A DNA stretch of 41,946 bases from a virus. Its lineage: Duplodnaviria > Heunggongvirae > Uroviricota > Caudoviricetes. The stretch is taken from IMG/VR virus record IMGVR_UViG_3300001242_000012. One strand, 5' to 3'. The number at the start of each line of letters is the position of its first letter. The first letter of the stretch is position 1. Under the pieces are notes generated by a model that was not told where the DNA came from, made no database searches, and saw only the letters and a program-made list of their open reading frames with translations. The position numbers and the translations under genes were made by a program. This document shows positions 1 to 7,152 of this stretch, one piece after another.

Positions 1-128
1 TCAACAATATCGCAATTCTTGGTCCCACATGGACAAACATGTACTATTATGCATGGTTTATTATAGTTTTTAGCTATATTACCACTATATGTAACTATCT
101 GATCTAGTTCAAACATTGGTGTATCCAT
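1..128 (-). CDS. 5' part of a small Cys-rich protein (MDTPMFELDQIVTYSGNIAK...), paralog of 130-381; runs off the window edge
   Basis: Manual translation; shares a 101-bp exact repeat with the neighbouring gene. Confidence 0.75.
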   Translation of the reverse strand, partial: MDTPMFELDQIVTYSGNIAKNYNKPCIIVHVCPCGTKNCDIV

Positions 129-366
129 GTTATTCAATCCATGATGTTACTATGTTGTCTACGGGTGCATCTTTCTTTAACTTCTTTAATCTATTAGAAC
201 ATATCGGGCCATAGCTATTATGCTTTCTATATTTTCCTGCTAATAATACATGCTGGTGTGCACATTCAACAATATCGCAATTCTTGGTCCCACATGGACA
301 AACATGTACTATTATGCATGGTTTATTATAGTTTTTAGCTATATTACCACTATATGTAACTATCTG
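1..366. repeat. 101-bp exact direct repeat (1-101 and 266-366)
   Basis: Direct comparison: tcaacaatatcgcaatt...gtaactatctg is identical in both copies. Confidence 0.95.
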
Positions 367-381
367 GTCTACCTCAAACAT
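130..381 (-). CDS. small Cys-rich hypothetical protein (DQIV family)
   Basis: ORF with GGAGG RBS; FEVDQIV motif. Confidence 0.8.
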   Translation of the reverse strand: MFEVDQIVTYSGNIAKNYNKPCIIVHVCPCGTKNCDIVECAHQHVLLAGKYRKHNSYGPICSNRLKKLKKDAPVDNIVTSWIE

Positions 382-404
382 AGTACCTCCTATAATTATA
401 ATAT

Positions 405-734
405 TAATGAGGGTGTGCTATTACGCCAAATGCTCTGAGGGTCTAGTATAGCATTGCACCATTAGACCTAACAAGAGCCCAATGATACTTGAGTATGCCG
501 CTTTCATAACAACCTTTGACTGTTGATTAAATCACGCGTCACTATACTAACTCTTTTCAGCTAACAGTTTTCCGTATGTTTCCCCTGTACGATATCTATA
601 CATGCTTGTTACATGATGTAGCTTTCACGTACTCGCAACTCCTTAGATGAGTCAATACCTTATACTTTGTTAAGTATTTTGATATCAACTTCGCTTTCGC
701 GAATGGCTGCCTCTAAGCCAACATTCCCTCATTA
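405..734 (-). ncRNA. candidate structured RNA containing a split 23S rRNA H42-H44 (L11-binding) mimic
   Basis: 9-bp terminal helix (405-413/726-734); AUGUUGGCUUAGAGGCAGCCAU near the 5' end and GCGUAAUAGC near the 3' end; no credible ORF. Confidence 0.75.
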
Positions 735-756
735 GTATTATTAACAAATCTACTAT

Positions 757-1029
757 CTAAAGTAAGTCTTCTAATGAATCAGCATCCGTGGCCTTTCTCA
801 CAGTCCATGAACACCAGGTACAGTCTTCTCTTACAAGACCACGTATAAATATGTGTACTCCATAACATACATCGTCTCCCATAGGTCTACAAGTTCTTCT
901 ACATGGTTTAATTTTTTCTATAATAAAAGCCTTGCCTAGCAGTTCTTCTTTGATTCCTTCAGTCCTATGAAAAATAACTATTTCGTCTATACTAAGACTT
1001 TCGTTACTTATACCCCCCATAATCACCAT
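757..1029 (-). CDS. Cys-rich hypothetical protein, tandem paralog of 1023-1289
   Basis: Shared DE(I/M)VIFH...C..C...CYG...WCSWTVRK...DSLEDLL. Confidence 0.8.
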   Translation of the reverse strand: MVIMGGISNESLSIDEIVIFHRTEGIKEELLGKAFIIEKIKPCRRTCRPMGDDVCYGVHIFIRGLVREDCTWCSWTVRKATDADSLEDLL

Positions 1030-1289
1030 CCATTAACAAGTAAGTCTTCTAATGAGTCAGTTGACTTAATTTTCCTTACAGTCCACGAACACCATGAGTA
1101 TTTTTCCATATTAAGTCCATGGATGTATATCGTCTGTCCATAACAGACTCTTTGTCCTGTAGGTCCATTGCATCCGAAACATTCAATTGTTTTTCCTATT
1201 GTAAAGATGTTGCCTGATAGTTCCTCATAAGGACCGTTAGTCTCATGGAAGATAACCATCTCATCAACGTTAAGTCTTTCGTTACTCAT
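1023..1289 (-). CDS. Cys-rich hypothetical protein, tandem paralog of 757-1029
   Basis: Same motif set as 757-1029. Confidence 0.8.
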   Translation of the reverse strand: MSNERLNVDEMVIFHETNGPYEELSGNIFTIGKTIECFGCNGPTGQRVCYGQTIYIHGLNMEKYSWCSWTVRKIKSTDSLEDLLVNGW

Positions 1290-1308
1290 ATTTCCTATGA
1301 CCTTTCAC

Positions 1309-1884
1309 CTACTTGCTCTTTATTACAGAATCAATTAGTCCATAAGCTAATGATTCAGTAGCGGACATGAAGAAGTCACGCTCAGTATCAATTTGAACTT
1401 TCTCCAAGGGTTGGCCTGTATTCTCAGATAAAATTCTGTTAAGTTCGTCCTTCATACGTAATATCTCAGCAGCCTGAATCTGAATATCAGTAGCTTGACC
1501 ACGTGACCCGCCTGAGGGCTGGTGAATCATTATACGGGAGCTTGGCAATGAGAATCTCTTACCCTTGGTTCCTGCTGCCAACAGGAAAGCCCCCATACTG
1601 GCGGCTTGTCCAACGCATATGGTGGCTACGTCAGCTTTAATGTACTGCATAGTATCATATATTGCCATTCCAGCAGTGACTACACCACCAGGGGAATTAA
1701 TATATAAGCTGATATCTTTTTCTGGATTATCACTTTCAAGGAACAACATCTGAGCAACTATGGCATTAGCCATATAATCATCAATCTCTCCGCCTAAGAT
1801 TATGATGCGATCCTTCAACAATCTTGAATAGATATCGTAAGACCTCTCACCATTCATCGTCTGTTCAATTACAATAGGAATCAA
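1309..1884 (-). CDS. clpP: ATP-dependent Clp protease proteolytic subunit
   Basis: [26 protein letters not shown] (catalytic Ser), RIMIHQP, DTERD. Confidence 0.97.
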   Translation of the reverse strand: MIPIVIEQTMNGERSYDIYSRLLKDRIIILGGEIDDYMANAIVAQMLFLESDNPEKDISLYINSPGGVVTAGMAIYDTMQYIKADVATICVGQAASMGAFLLAAGTKGKRFSLPSSRIMIHQPSGGSRGQATDIQIQAAEILRMKDELNRILSENTGQPLEKVQIDTERDFFMSATESLAYGLIDSVIKSK

Positions 1885-1886
1885 TA

Positions 1887-2129
1887 CTAATCTCTCCCTT
1901 TATCTATTTTTATAAATCTATGTGAGCATAAACCTAATGGATTTTCAATAAAGTTTAATGTTAATTTTGGACAAGTATCCCAGTGTTCCTTATGAATGCA
2001 GCGATATACATTATTCACGGCAATACACCGAGTGCTTTTTCGTATCACATAACATTTATCCATGATTATAAGGTGCCCATTCCGTTCGTAATTCTCAGTT
2101 GATACTACAATATCTCCCGCATTAATCAC
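1887..2129 (-). CDS. Cys-rich hypothetical protein (GTG start), paralog of 32554-32796
   Basis: Shared GDI.V...DKCY...C.H..HW..C.K...C..RFIKI; the upstream part of the track ORF overlaps another gene. Confidence 0.7.
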   Translation of the reverse strand: MINAGDIVVSTENYERNGHLIIMDKCYVIRKSTRCIAVNNVYRCIHKEHWDTCPKLTLNFIENPLGLCSHRFIKIDKGRD

Positions 2130-2598
2130 ATCCACAACCACCGTAATCACCACCGCAAGATCCAGAATCATAGGAGCCATTATCTGAATAACTATGACTG
2201 TTATGATCATGAGAACTGTGTGAGCTGTGATTGCTATGAGAATTATGATGTTGAGAATTACTATGACTCGTCTTATGAGTATCATCACCAAGTACAATAG
2301 CTGTTTGTACTGGGTCAATGTCGTAAGTCTTAACTGACTTTTTCTCTATATGGCCATTGACCCTATTTGGTATTTTTGTGTTAGGAGATGAACTTGCATG
2401 TATGCTAGCTTTCCTAGACTCAGGGACTATGCTAGACTTAGCTACTGACTGATTAATTATTTTCAGATCTTGGATCTCTCTCTTATAGGAATATATTTCT
2501 TCCTTTAGAGATGATATCTCCTTATTCTTCCCTGATACTATTTTGAATAGTATCAGAGCCATTATAAGACTTAAAACATTAAGAGTTAATGAAAACAC
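2122..2598 (-). CDS. membrane-anchored protein with a His/Ser-rich tract and a Gly/Cys C-terminal tail
   Basis: N-terminal hydrophobic helix, coiled coil, HSNHSSHSSH..., [12 protein letters not shown]. Confidence 0.75.
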   Translation of the reverse strand: MFSLTLNVLSLIMALILFKIVSGKNKEISSLKEEIYSYKREIQDLKIINQSVAKSSIVPESRKASIHASSSPNTKIPNRVNGHIEKKSVKTYDIDPVQTAIVLGDDTHKTSHSNSQHHNSHSNHSSHSSHDHNSHSYSDNGSYDSGSCGGDYGGCGCD

Positions 2599-2599
2599 T

Positions 2600-2788
2600 C
2601 TATTCCTCCTCCTTAATAAATTCTATCCAATCTTCTGTTTTCCCGTCTGGACAGCCTATACGACAGTACTCTTGACCTCCGTCTACGAAGATACTTTTAC
2701 AACTACATCTAACAAAGTCATGACGAGACTTGCTCTCAAGTATATCTCCGCACTTCTTACATTTGACTTTGTTCTTATACTTGGCCAT
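2600..2788 (-). CDS. small Zn-binding phage protein
   Basis: CKKC...HDFVRCSC...VDGG motif. Confidence 0.8.
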   Translation of the reverse strand: MAKYKNKVKCKKCGDILESKSRHDFVRCSCKSIFVDGGQEYCRIGCPDGKTEDWIEFIKEEE

Positions 2789-3017
2789 ATGCTGTACTCT
2801 CCTTTGCCCATGTTACTTGTTTATTATCATCTATGTAGTAATCAATATCCGACTCTGGGATTTCATATACTTCTTCATAACTAGAGTGCTTATCACATCC
2901 AAATAATGTGTCTACAAGTATTAGTAATTCCTTAATCTTATCCTTACTACACTTAATATATCCATTATTACCGCACCTTGAAGTAATGTAGTATACTTGT
3001 GGATTGCTTATATCCAT
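2775..3017 (-). CDS. hypothetical protein
   Basis: ORF in a tightly packed operon. Confidence 0.65.
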   Translation of the reverse strand: MDISNPQVYYITSRCGNNGYIKCSKDKIKELLILVDTLFGCDKHSSYEEVYEIPESDIDYYIDDNKQVTWAKESTAYGQV

Positions 3018-3026
3018 TATGCATCT

Positions 3027-3344
3027 CTACCTTCTGTTTATACTTCCTCCAGCTCTAACGCTACCTCCTACGTCATCACAATTGACTGACCCACCAGCAA
3101 TTACATCCCCTCCTACATCATCACAGTTTACAGATCCTCTTGCAGAGACATTACCCGCTATTCTACCATGCACTGATACGCTCTTATCAGAGATAAGGCT
3201 AACGAGGTCACCTTTTACAGTAATAGTTGTACCTACTGCTTCTGTTATAGTTTTTCCATCAACCGTTATCACATTATCTGATACAGTTATATTATTTCCA
3301 TGCACTGTAATACCATTAATTGTTATCATCCAAATTCTCCTCAT
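3027..3344 (-). CDS. beta-solenoid/beta-helix repeat protein
   Basis: Repeated GSVNCDDVGG and V.G.V.A motifs. Confidence 0.7.
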   Translation of the reverse strand: MRRIWMITINGITVHGNNITVSDNVITVDGKTITEAVGTTITVKGDLVSLISDKSVSVHGRIAGNVSARGSVNCDDVGGDVIAGGSVNCDDVGGSVRAGGSINRR

Positions 3345-3409
3345 ATGCTATGTAAATTTCTAGGCGGTGGGAACTAGCCGACTATGTCGCACGCCCCATC
3401 TCCGCCAAC

Positions 3410-3482
3410 TGGATGGCACGGTAAGAGTCGAACTTACGTCACCAGCTTGTGGGCCGGAGCTCTACCATTAAGCTACATGCCA
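3410..3482 (-). tRNA. tRNA-like RNA with a 6-nt anticodon loop (CCACAA), U73 and encoded CCA
   Basis: Acceptor UGGCAUG/CGUGCCA, canonical D and T arms, stem CCGGC/GCUGG. Confidence 0.75.
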
Positions 3483-3489
3483 GTGTATT

Positions 3490-3702
3490 CTAGCAACATC
3501 TATACATTTTACATGGTCTAAAATCAAAGAGTTCAATAAGCTCTCCGTGGTTGTAGCAACAGTACCAAGCTTCTATTCTATTATCTTCAACAATCTTAGT
3601 ATTAGGATTAAGCACTATACCACCGCTAGCTCGTTTATTAATACAGTGTCGGCAACTCTTACAAGACCTTAACTTGAGCATTCCTAATATTTTATTAAAC
3701 AT
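3490..3702 (-). CDS. Cys-rich hypothetical protein
   Basis: ORF with GAGGTG RBS. Confidence 0.65.
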   Translation of the reverse strand: MFNKILGMLKLRSCKSCRHCINKRASGGIVLNPNTKIVEDNRIEAWYCCYNHGELIELFDFRPCKMYRCC

Positions 3703-3711
3703 ATATTCACC

Positions 3712-4050
3712 TCATCCAAATATTAATTTTTCATCATCCTTAGGTTTTCTGAATGCATTCTCACATCTAAATGACATGTTATTCTTTTTAGGATCTAATG
3801 ATATAAATTGCCCATTACAATACTTATCATTAGTCATTAAACACACATAAAGGTTATGATCTTGTTTACTACTAAAAGGACATTTAACAATCTCATTTAT
3901 TATATAAGCAAGACCTATTCCGCATTTATCTCCTCCTAAAATACTGTCGGGGAGTGTATTAATATTAGATATTACTATCTCATCTACATTGAATGTCACT
4001 ATATATTCACCACCACTGATATTATAAATATCACTATAATGTGAAGCCAT
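3712..4050 (-). CDS. hypothetical protein
   Basis: ORF track; start uncertain. Confidence 0.6.
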   Translation of the reverse strand: MASHYSDIYNISGGEYIVTFNVDEIVISNINTLPDSILGGDKCGIGLAYIINEIVKCPFSSKQDHNLYVCLMTNDKYCNGQFISLDPKKNNMSFRCENAFRKPKDDEKLIFG

Positions 4051-4379
4051 TGATCAATACCTATGTTCATCCACCATAAGCCAGGTATATCCTCCCTAGG
4101 TATACGCTTAACATTGACCATTAACCACACTACAAGCTTCCTATCATCAATAAAGAAATGAGATATTAGTAATGCTAAGTACGTCCATATCAAAGTCATT
4201 TCACTATATCCGAATAGAGTTAATGTTAAAGTAGATAGCGTAGCATAAATGAGTGAATGTACATATCTAGCTTTCCAGTTAGTAAACTTATTAGTTGCTT
4301 CCCAATTAGTTTGTACTATCCAGTCATAGGCCATACTAACGAATAAAACTATGAATAATGTAGCATCAAGTTTCAGCAT
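3999..4379 (-). CDS. DUF3307-like membrane protein
   Basis: SHFFIDD and GIDQWLH motifs, hydrophobic helices; start moved to the RBS-preceded ATG. Confidence 0.75.
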   Translation of the reverse strand: MLKLDATLFIVLFVSMAYDWIVQTNWEATNKFTNWKARYVHSLIYATLSTLTLTLFGYSEMTLIWTYLALLISHFFIDDRKLVVWLMVNVKRIPREDIPGLWWMNIGIDQWLHIIVIFIISVVVNI

Positions 4380-4578
4380 ATAATTCCTCCATATCAATTT
4401 TAATAAAATACTTATTGAATAAGGCATCATCATCTATATCCAAACCATCACTAATATTATAAGAGTTGTTATCGTCAGCTACAACTCTATATTTTCTCAT
4501 GCTTTCATATATTGGATAGATTTTATCTACTGTTAAGCGTCCATCGGCTCTTAGCTTCGCTATAGCATATATTTTCAC
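4366..4578 (-). CDS. small TxDKIY-family protein
   Basis: LTVDKIY...DDN...F.KYF. Confidence 0.75.
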   Translation of the reverse strand: MKIYAIAKLRADGRLTVDKIYPIYESMRKYRVVADDNNSYNISDGLDIDDDALFNKYFIKIDMEELYAET

Positions 4579-4587
4579 ACAATCACC

Positions 4588-4788
4588 TCATTCTCGATTA
4601 TAGATATCTATAATATATATAAAGTATCTATTAAACAATTCATCTGTATCGGTATCCAAGCTATCAGACACTCTGCAAATAGAAGCATCGTCTGATTTTA
4701 TCCAGTACCTATCTCCAAGTCTGTTCATATCATAGATTTTGTCAATAGTTAATGTCTCAGATACATTACGTTTTGCTACTGCTAACAT
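4588..4788 (-). CDS. small TxDKIY-family protein
   Basis: LTIDKIY...SDD...FNRYF. Confidence 0.75.
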   Translation of the reverse strand: MLAVAKRNVSETLTIDKIYDMNRLGDRYWIKSDDASICRVSDSLDTDTDELFNRYFIYIIDIYNRE

Positions 4789-4804
4789 TTTCCCCTCCTT
4801 ATAA

Positions 4805-4887
4805 TGGTGGAGAGAGTCAGAGTTGAACTGACACAGCCGAAGCCACGGTTTTACAGACCGCTTCCCTTACCAATGGGATATCTCTCC
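4805..4887 (-). tRNA. tRNA-Tyr(GUA)
   Basis: Cloverleaf with long variable arm, loop CUGUAAA, ACCA end. Confidence 0.92.
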
Positions 4888-5157
4888 ATCTAATGGTTCA
4901 AATCTATTGCCACATGTATGATACAAGCTTTCACATATTGTAACTACTTGCCCGGTACACTTACTACCTATACAATTATAATATCCTGACGGAAATCTTG
5001 TGTTGATTGTACCATCAAGTACGTGTTTGCATGTTCTAATGCTTGATATAACTACCGTAGTTCCCTTCTCTATTACTGAGAAACGGCGGTAATTATCTGT
5101 AATAGGACAGGAAAATATAGTTTTAACGATTTGGTCTACTTCGTATATCGGATACAT
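4867..5157 (-). CDS. Cys-rich DQIV-family protein
   Basis: YEVDQIV...KCTGQ...C. Confidence 0.75.
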   Translation of the reverse strand: MYPIYEVDQIVKTIFSCPITDNYRRFSVIEKGTTVVISSIRTCKHVLDGTINTRFPSGYYNCIGSKCTGQVVTICESLYHTCGNRFEPLDGEISHW

Positions 5158-5159
5158 TA

Positions 5160-5471
5160 TTAGTCTCCTGTAAATATATTGCCTATTTCCTCATTAGATG
5201 GTATAAAGTGGTTTGAACAAAATTGTTTATTACTTCCGCATATTTTTAATAACTGCCCATTACACTTTTGATTAAAACACATATAAGAACCATCTGGTTG
5301 CACTATTATGTCCTTGCGACCTGCTATTATTAATGGACAGTTACTAGCTTTATTAACAACTATATGATCTCCTTCTTCTATTTTAATAAGTCTATTACCT
5401 GTCGCTATTCTGATCTCACGAGTATTTAATAATATCTGGTCTTTAGAGAATTTAATAACATTCACCACCAA
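5160..5471 (-). CDS. Cys-rich DQIV-family protein
   Basis: KDQIL...CFNQKCNGQ...CSNHF. Confidence 0.75.
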   Translation of the reverse strand: MVVNVIKFSKDQILLNTREIRIATGNRLIKIEEGDHIVVNKASNCPLIIAGRKDIIVQPDGSYMCFNQKCNGQLLKICGSNKQFCSNHFIPSNEEIGNIFTGD

Positions 5472-5480
5472 GTTTATTTA

Positions 5481-5555
5481 TGGTGGACCCTGAGAGACTT
5501 GAACTCCCAACCAGCCGGTTATGAGCCGGATGCTCTACCGTTGAGCTAAGGGTCC
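5481..5555 (-). tRNA. tRNA(CAU), probably Ile2 type
   Basis: Loop CUCAUAA; the GGACCCU acceptor resembles Firmicute tRNA-Ile2; ACCA end. Confidence 0.88.
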
Positions 5556-5644
5556 AAGTGTCAGCCTTGCCCAGGGGCTGACGATAGTACTTAGAAGATT
5601 TACCTAGTCCCTCAACTAGGCTGCTAATGGTAGGTCTTTGGCTA

Positions 5645-5728
5645 TGGCGGAGGGCACAGGAGTCGAACCCGCTAGGCTTTTACACCCGACTGTTTTCAAG
5701 ACAGTTTGCCACCGTTGGCCTACCCTCC
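5645..5728 (-). tRNA. tRNA-Ser(UGA)
   Basis: Loop CUUGAAA, long variable arm, G73 CCA. Confidence 0.9.
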
Positions 5729-5743
5729 ATATTAAATTTAGTT

Positions 5744-5821
5744 TGGCTGGCATAGCTGGGCTCGAACCAGCAACCTCTTGATTAACAGTCAAGTGCTAAC
5801 TACCTATTGAGCTATATGCCA
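5744..5821 (-). tRNA. tRNA-Asn(GUU)
   Basis: Loop CUGUUAA, G73 CCA. Confidence 0.9.
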
Positions 5822-5888
5822 AGGTTAGTGGGTGTTGCGATCACCCACTAGGTAAAACCTGATATGGTTTAGGACCAGCAGTAGTCTT

Positions 5889-5964
5889 TGGTACTGAGGA
5901 CTGGAGTCGAACCAGCTACCACCTAATTAAAAGTTAGGTGCTCTTCCAGATGAGCTACCTCAGT
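5889..5964 (-). tRNA. tRNA-Lys(UUU)
   Basis: Loop CUUUUAA, ACCA end. Confidence 0.92.
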
Positions 5965-6161
5965 ATACTACGATTAATAAGAACAAATTGATCATCAGCC
6001 TCAAGTATTATATCTGTTGGAAAATTAAAGTTGTTATCATCAGATATATAGTATGCACTTTCTGTCTCAAAATTATTTGGTATGCCATACAGTATAGGAT
6101 ACATTTTGTCTTTTGTAAAGAAACTGTATTTATCCGTAATGCACACAATACTTCCTTGCAT
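5955..6161 (-). CDS. small TxDK(M)Y-family protein
   Basis: FTKDKMYPIL; start moved to the ATG after GAGGTG. Confidence 0.7.
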   Translation of the reverse strand: MQGSIVCITDKYSFFTKDKMYPILYGIPNNFETESAYYISDDNNFNFPTDIILEADDQFVLINRSILR

Positions 6162-6171
6162 ACCAACACCT

Positions 6172-6351
6172 CTAATCAATAAATATAAAATTGCTATCTC
6201 CATCTATCCAATTGGTTGATATCTGTTCGTCTTCATCATCAATTATATAATGATATAAACTATCTGATGATCTAACTAGTATAGGATACATTTTGTCTCG
6301 TGTCAGGAAGGTATATATACCAGTATTACATATTACATATTTAGGTTGCAT
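6172..6351 (-). CDS. small TxDK(M)Y-family protein missed by the ORF track (59 aa)
   Basis: Manual translation MQPKYVICNTGIYTFLTRDKMYPIL... Confidence 0.7.
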   Translation of the reverse strand: MQPKYVICNTGIYTFLTRDKMYPILVRSSDSLYHYIIDDEDEQISTNWIDGDSNFIFID

Positions 6352-6355
6352 ATTG

Positions 6356-6550
6356 TTACCTCAAATATGGATCTAGATCTTCATCACATATCCGACATAT
6401 CTTTAGAACTGGATGATAGGCTGGTGTTCCATCTGGGAACTTGTGATTGCATCCTCTAGTTAGTTTCCGTAACTTTGAGTCAATATTGATTAGAAACTTT
6501 CCACGCTCTTCCTTTAAAGCCATTACCTCATTTATTGTCCTCTGATTCAT
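6356..6550 (-). CDS. hypothetical protein (C.H...C.IC)
   Basis: ORF with AAGGAG RBS. Confidence 0.65.
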   Translation of the reverse strand: MNQRTINEVMALKEERGKFLINIDSKLRKLTRGCNHKFPDGTPAYHPVLKICRICDEDLDPYLR

Positions 6551-6570
6551 AATGATTCTCCTTAGTCATT

Positions 6571-6645
6571 TGGTTGCAGAGGTGGGACTCGAACCCACAA
6601 CCTTTAGCTTATGAGGCTAACGAGCTACCTTTGCTCTACTCTGCG
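6571..6645 (-). tRNA. tRNA-fMet-like (CAU)
   Basis: C1:A72 mismatch, GAGC/GCUC D stem, loop CUCAUAA. Confidence 0.85.
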
Positions 6646-6646
6646 A

Positions 6647-6719
6647 TGGAAGGGAGAGAAGGAATCGAACCTTCATAGCTAGGGTCTTCCTAGGATGTTG
6701 CCTGTTACATCATCTCCCT
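6647..6719 (-). tRNA. tRNA-like RNA with an aberrant anticodon arm (5-nt loop AAGAC), U73 and encoded CCA
   Basis: Acceptor AGGGAGA/UCUCCCU, T arm GAAGG-UUCGAUU-CCUUC. Confidence 0.7.
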
Positions 6720-6887
6720 ATGATATTCATCATAAACCTTTTCATACTCTCTTTGTTCTTCCCAAGACTTAAAGTTCTTAGTTACTTCACAGTCCTCACA
6801 TACTAATGCTTTCACATCATCGAACGTTATATCTTTTAATACCATTGTCTTTTTACATATAGGACATTTTAATTTTTTATATTTCAT
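6705..6887 (-). CDS. small Zn-ribbon protein
   Basis: CPIC...CEDC. Confidence 0.7.
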   Translation of the reverse strand: MKYKKLKCPICKKTMVLKDITFDDVKALVCEDCEVTKNFKSWEEQREYEKVYDEYHREMM

Positions 6888-6910
6888 TCGAGATCTCCTA
6901 AAAATATTTA

Positions 6911-7073
6911 TATTTGGGGAGGGATTAACGATTCTTCACCCTCGATTCCTGCCCTATACGACCATGATGTATAGCTCCGTATTGGCTTCGCTAACAGGTA
7001 TAGTTCTTTTCTTTGTCATAGACTTTTAATCTATTACCAACTCTTTGATCGTATGACTACTATCACCCAAATA
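6911..7073 (-). ncRNA. candidate multibranch structured RNA
   Basis: Terminal helix UAUUUGGG/CCCAAAUA plus several internal helices; no ORF. Confidence 0.45.
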
Positions 7074-7080
7074 ATTGTCC

Positions 7081-7146
7081 ATGGGAGAATAGTTAAGTAG
7101 GGTATATTATCTGTACGTAGAAGTAACCCTACTTTACACTACCCAT
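7081..7146 (-). ncRNA. Y RNA-like unit A (short, tRNA-less), just downstream of the Ro60 gene
   Basis: AUGGG/CCCAU outer stem, UAGUGUA, 9-bp inner stem, UACUUC, UAUUCU. Confidence 0.7.
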
Positions 7147-7152
7147 GAAATC

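Noticed and set aside
405-734. 23S rRNA gene fragment or group I intron in rRNA
   Set aside because: Only the two L11-site motifs match rRNA and the flanks are phage ORFs. I could not find convincing group I P7 (R/S) elements in the insert.
1887-2318. 143-aa ORF as given in the track
   Set aside because: The N-terminal part is an off-frame read of the His/Ser tract in 2122-2598; the paralog at 32554 supports a GTG start at 2129
3361-3407. GC-rich hairpin after the 6-nt-loop tRNA
   Set aside because: Adequately explained as a terminator or processing hairpin; too short to support more
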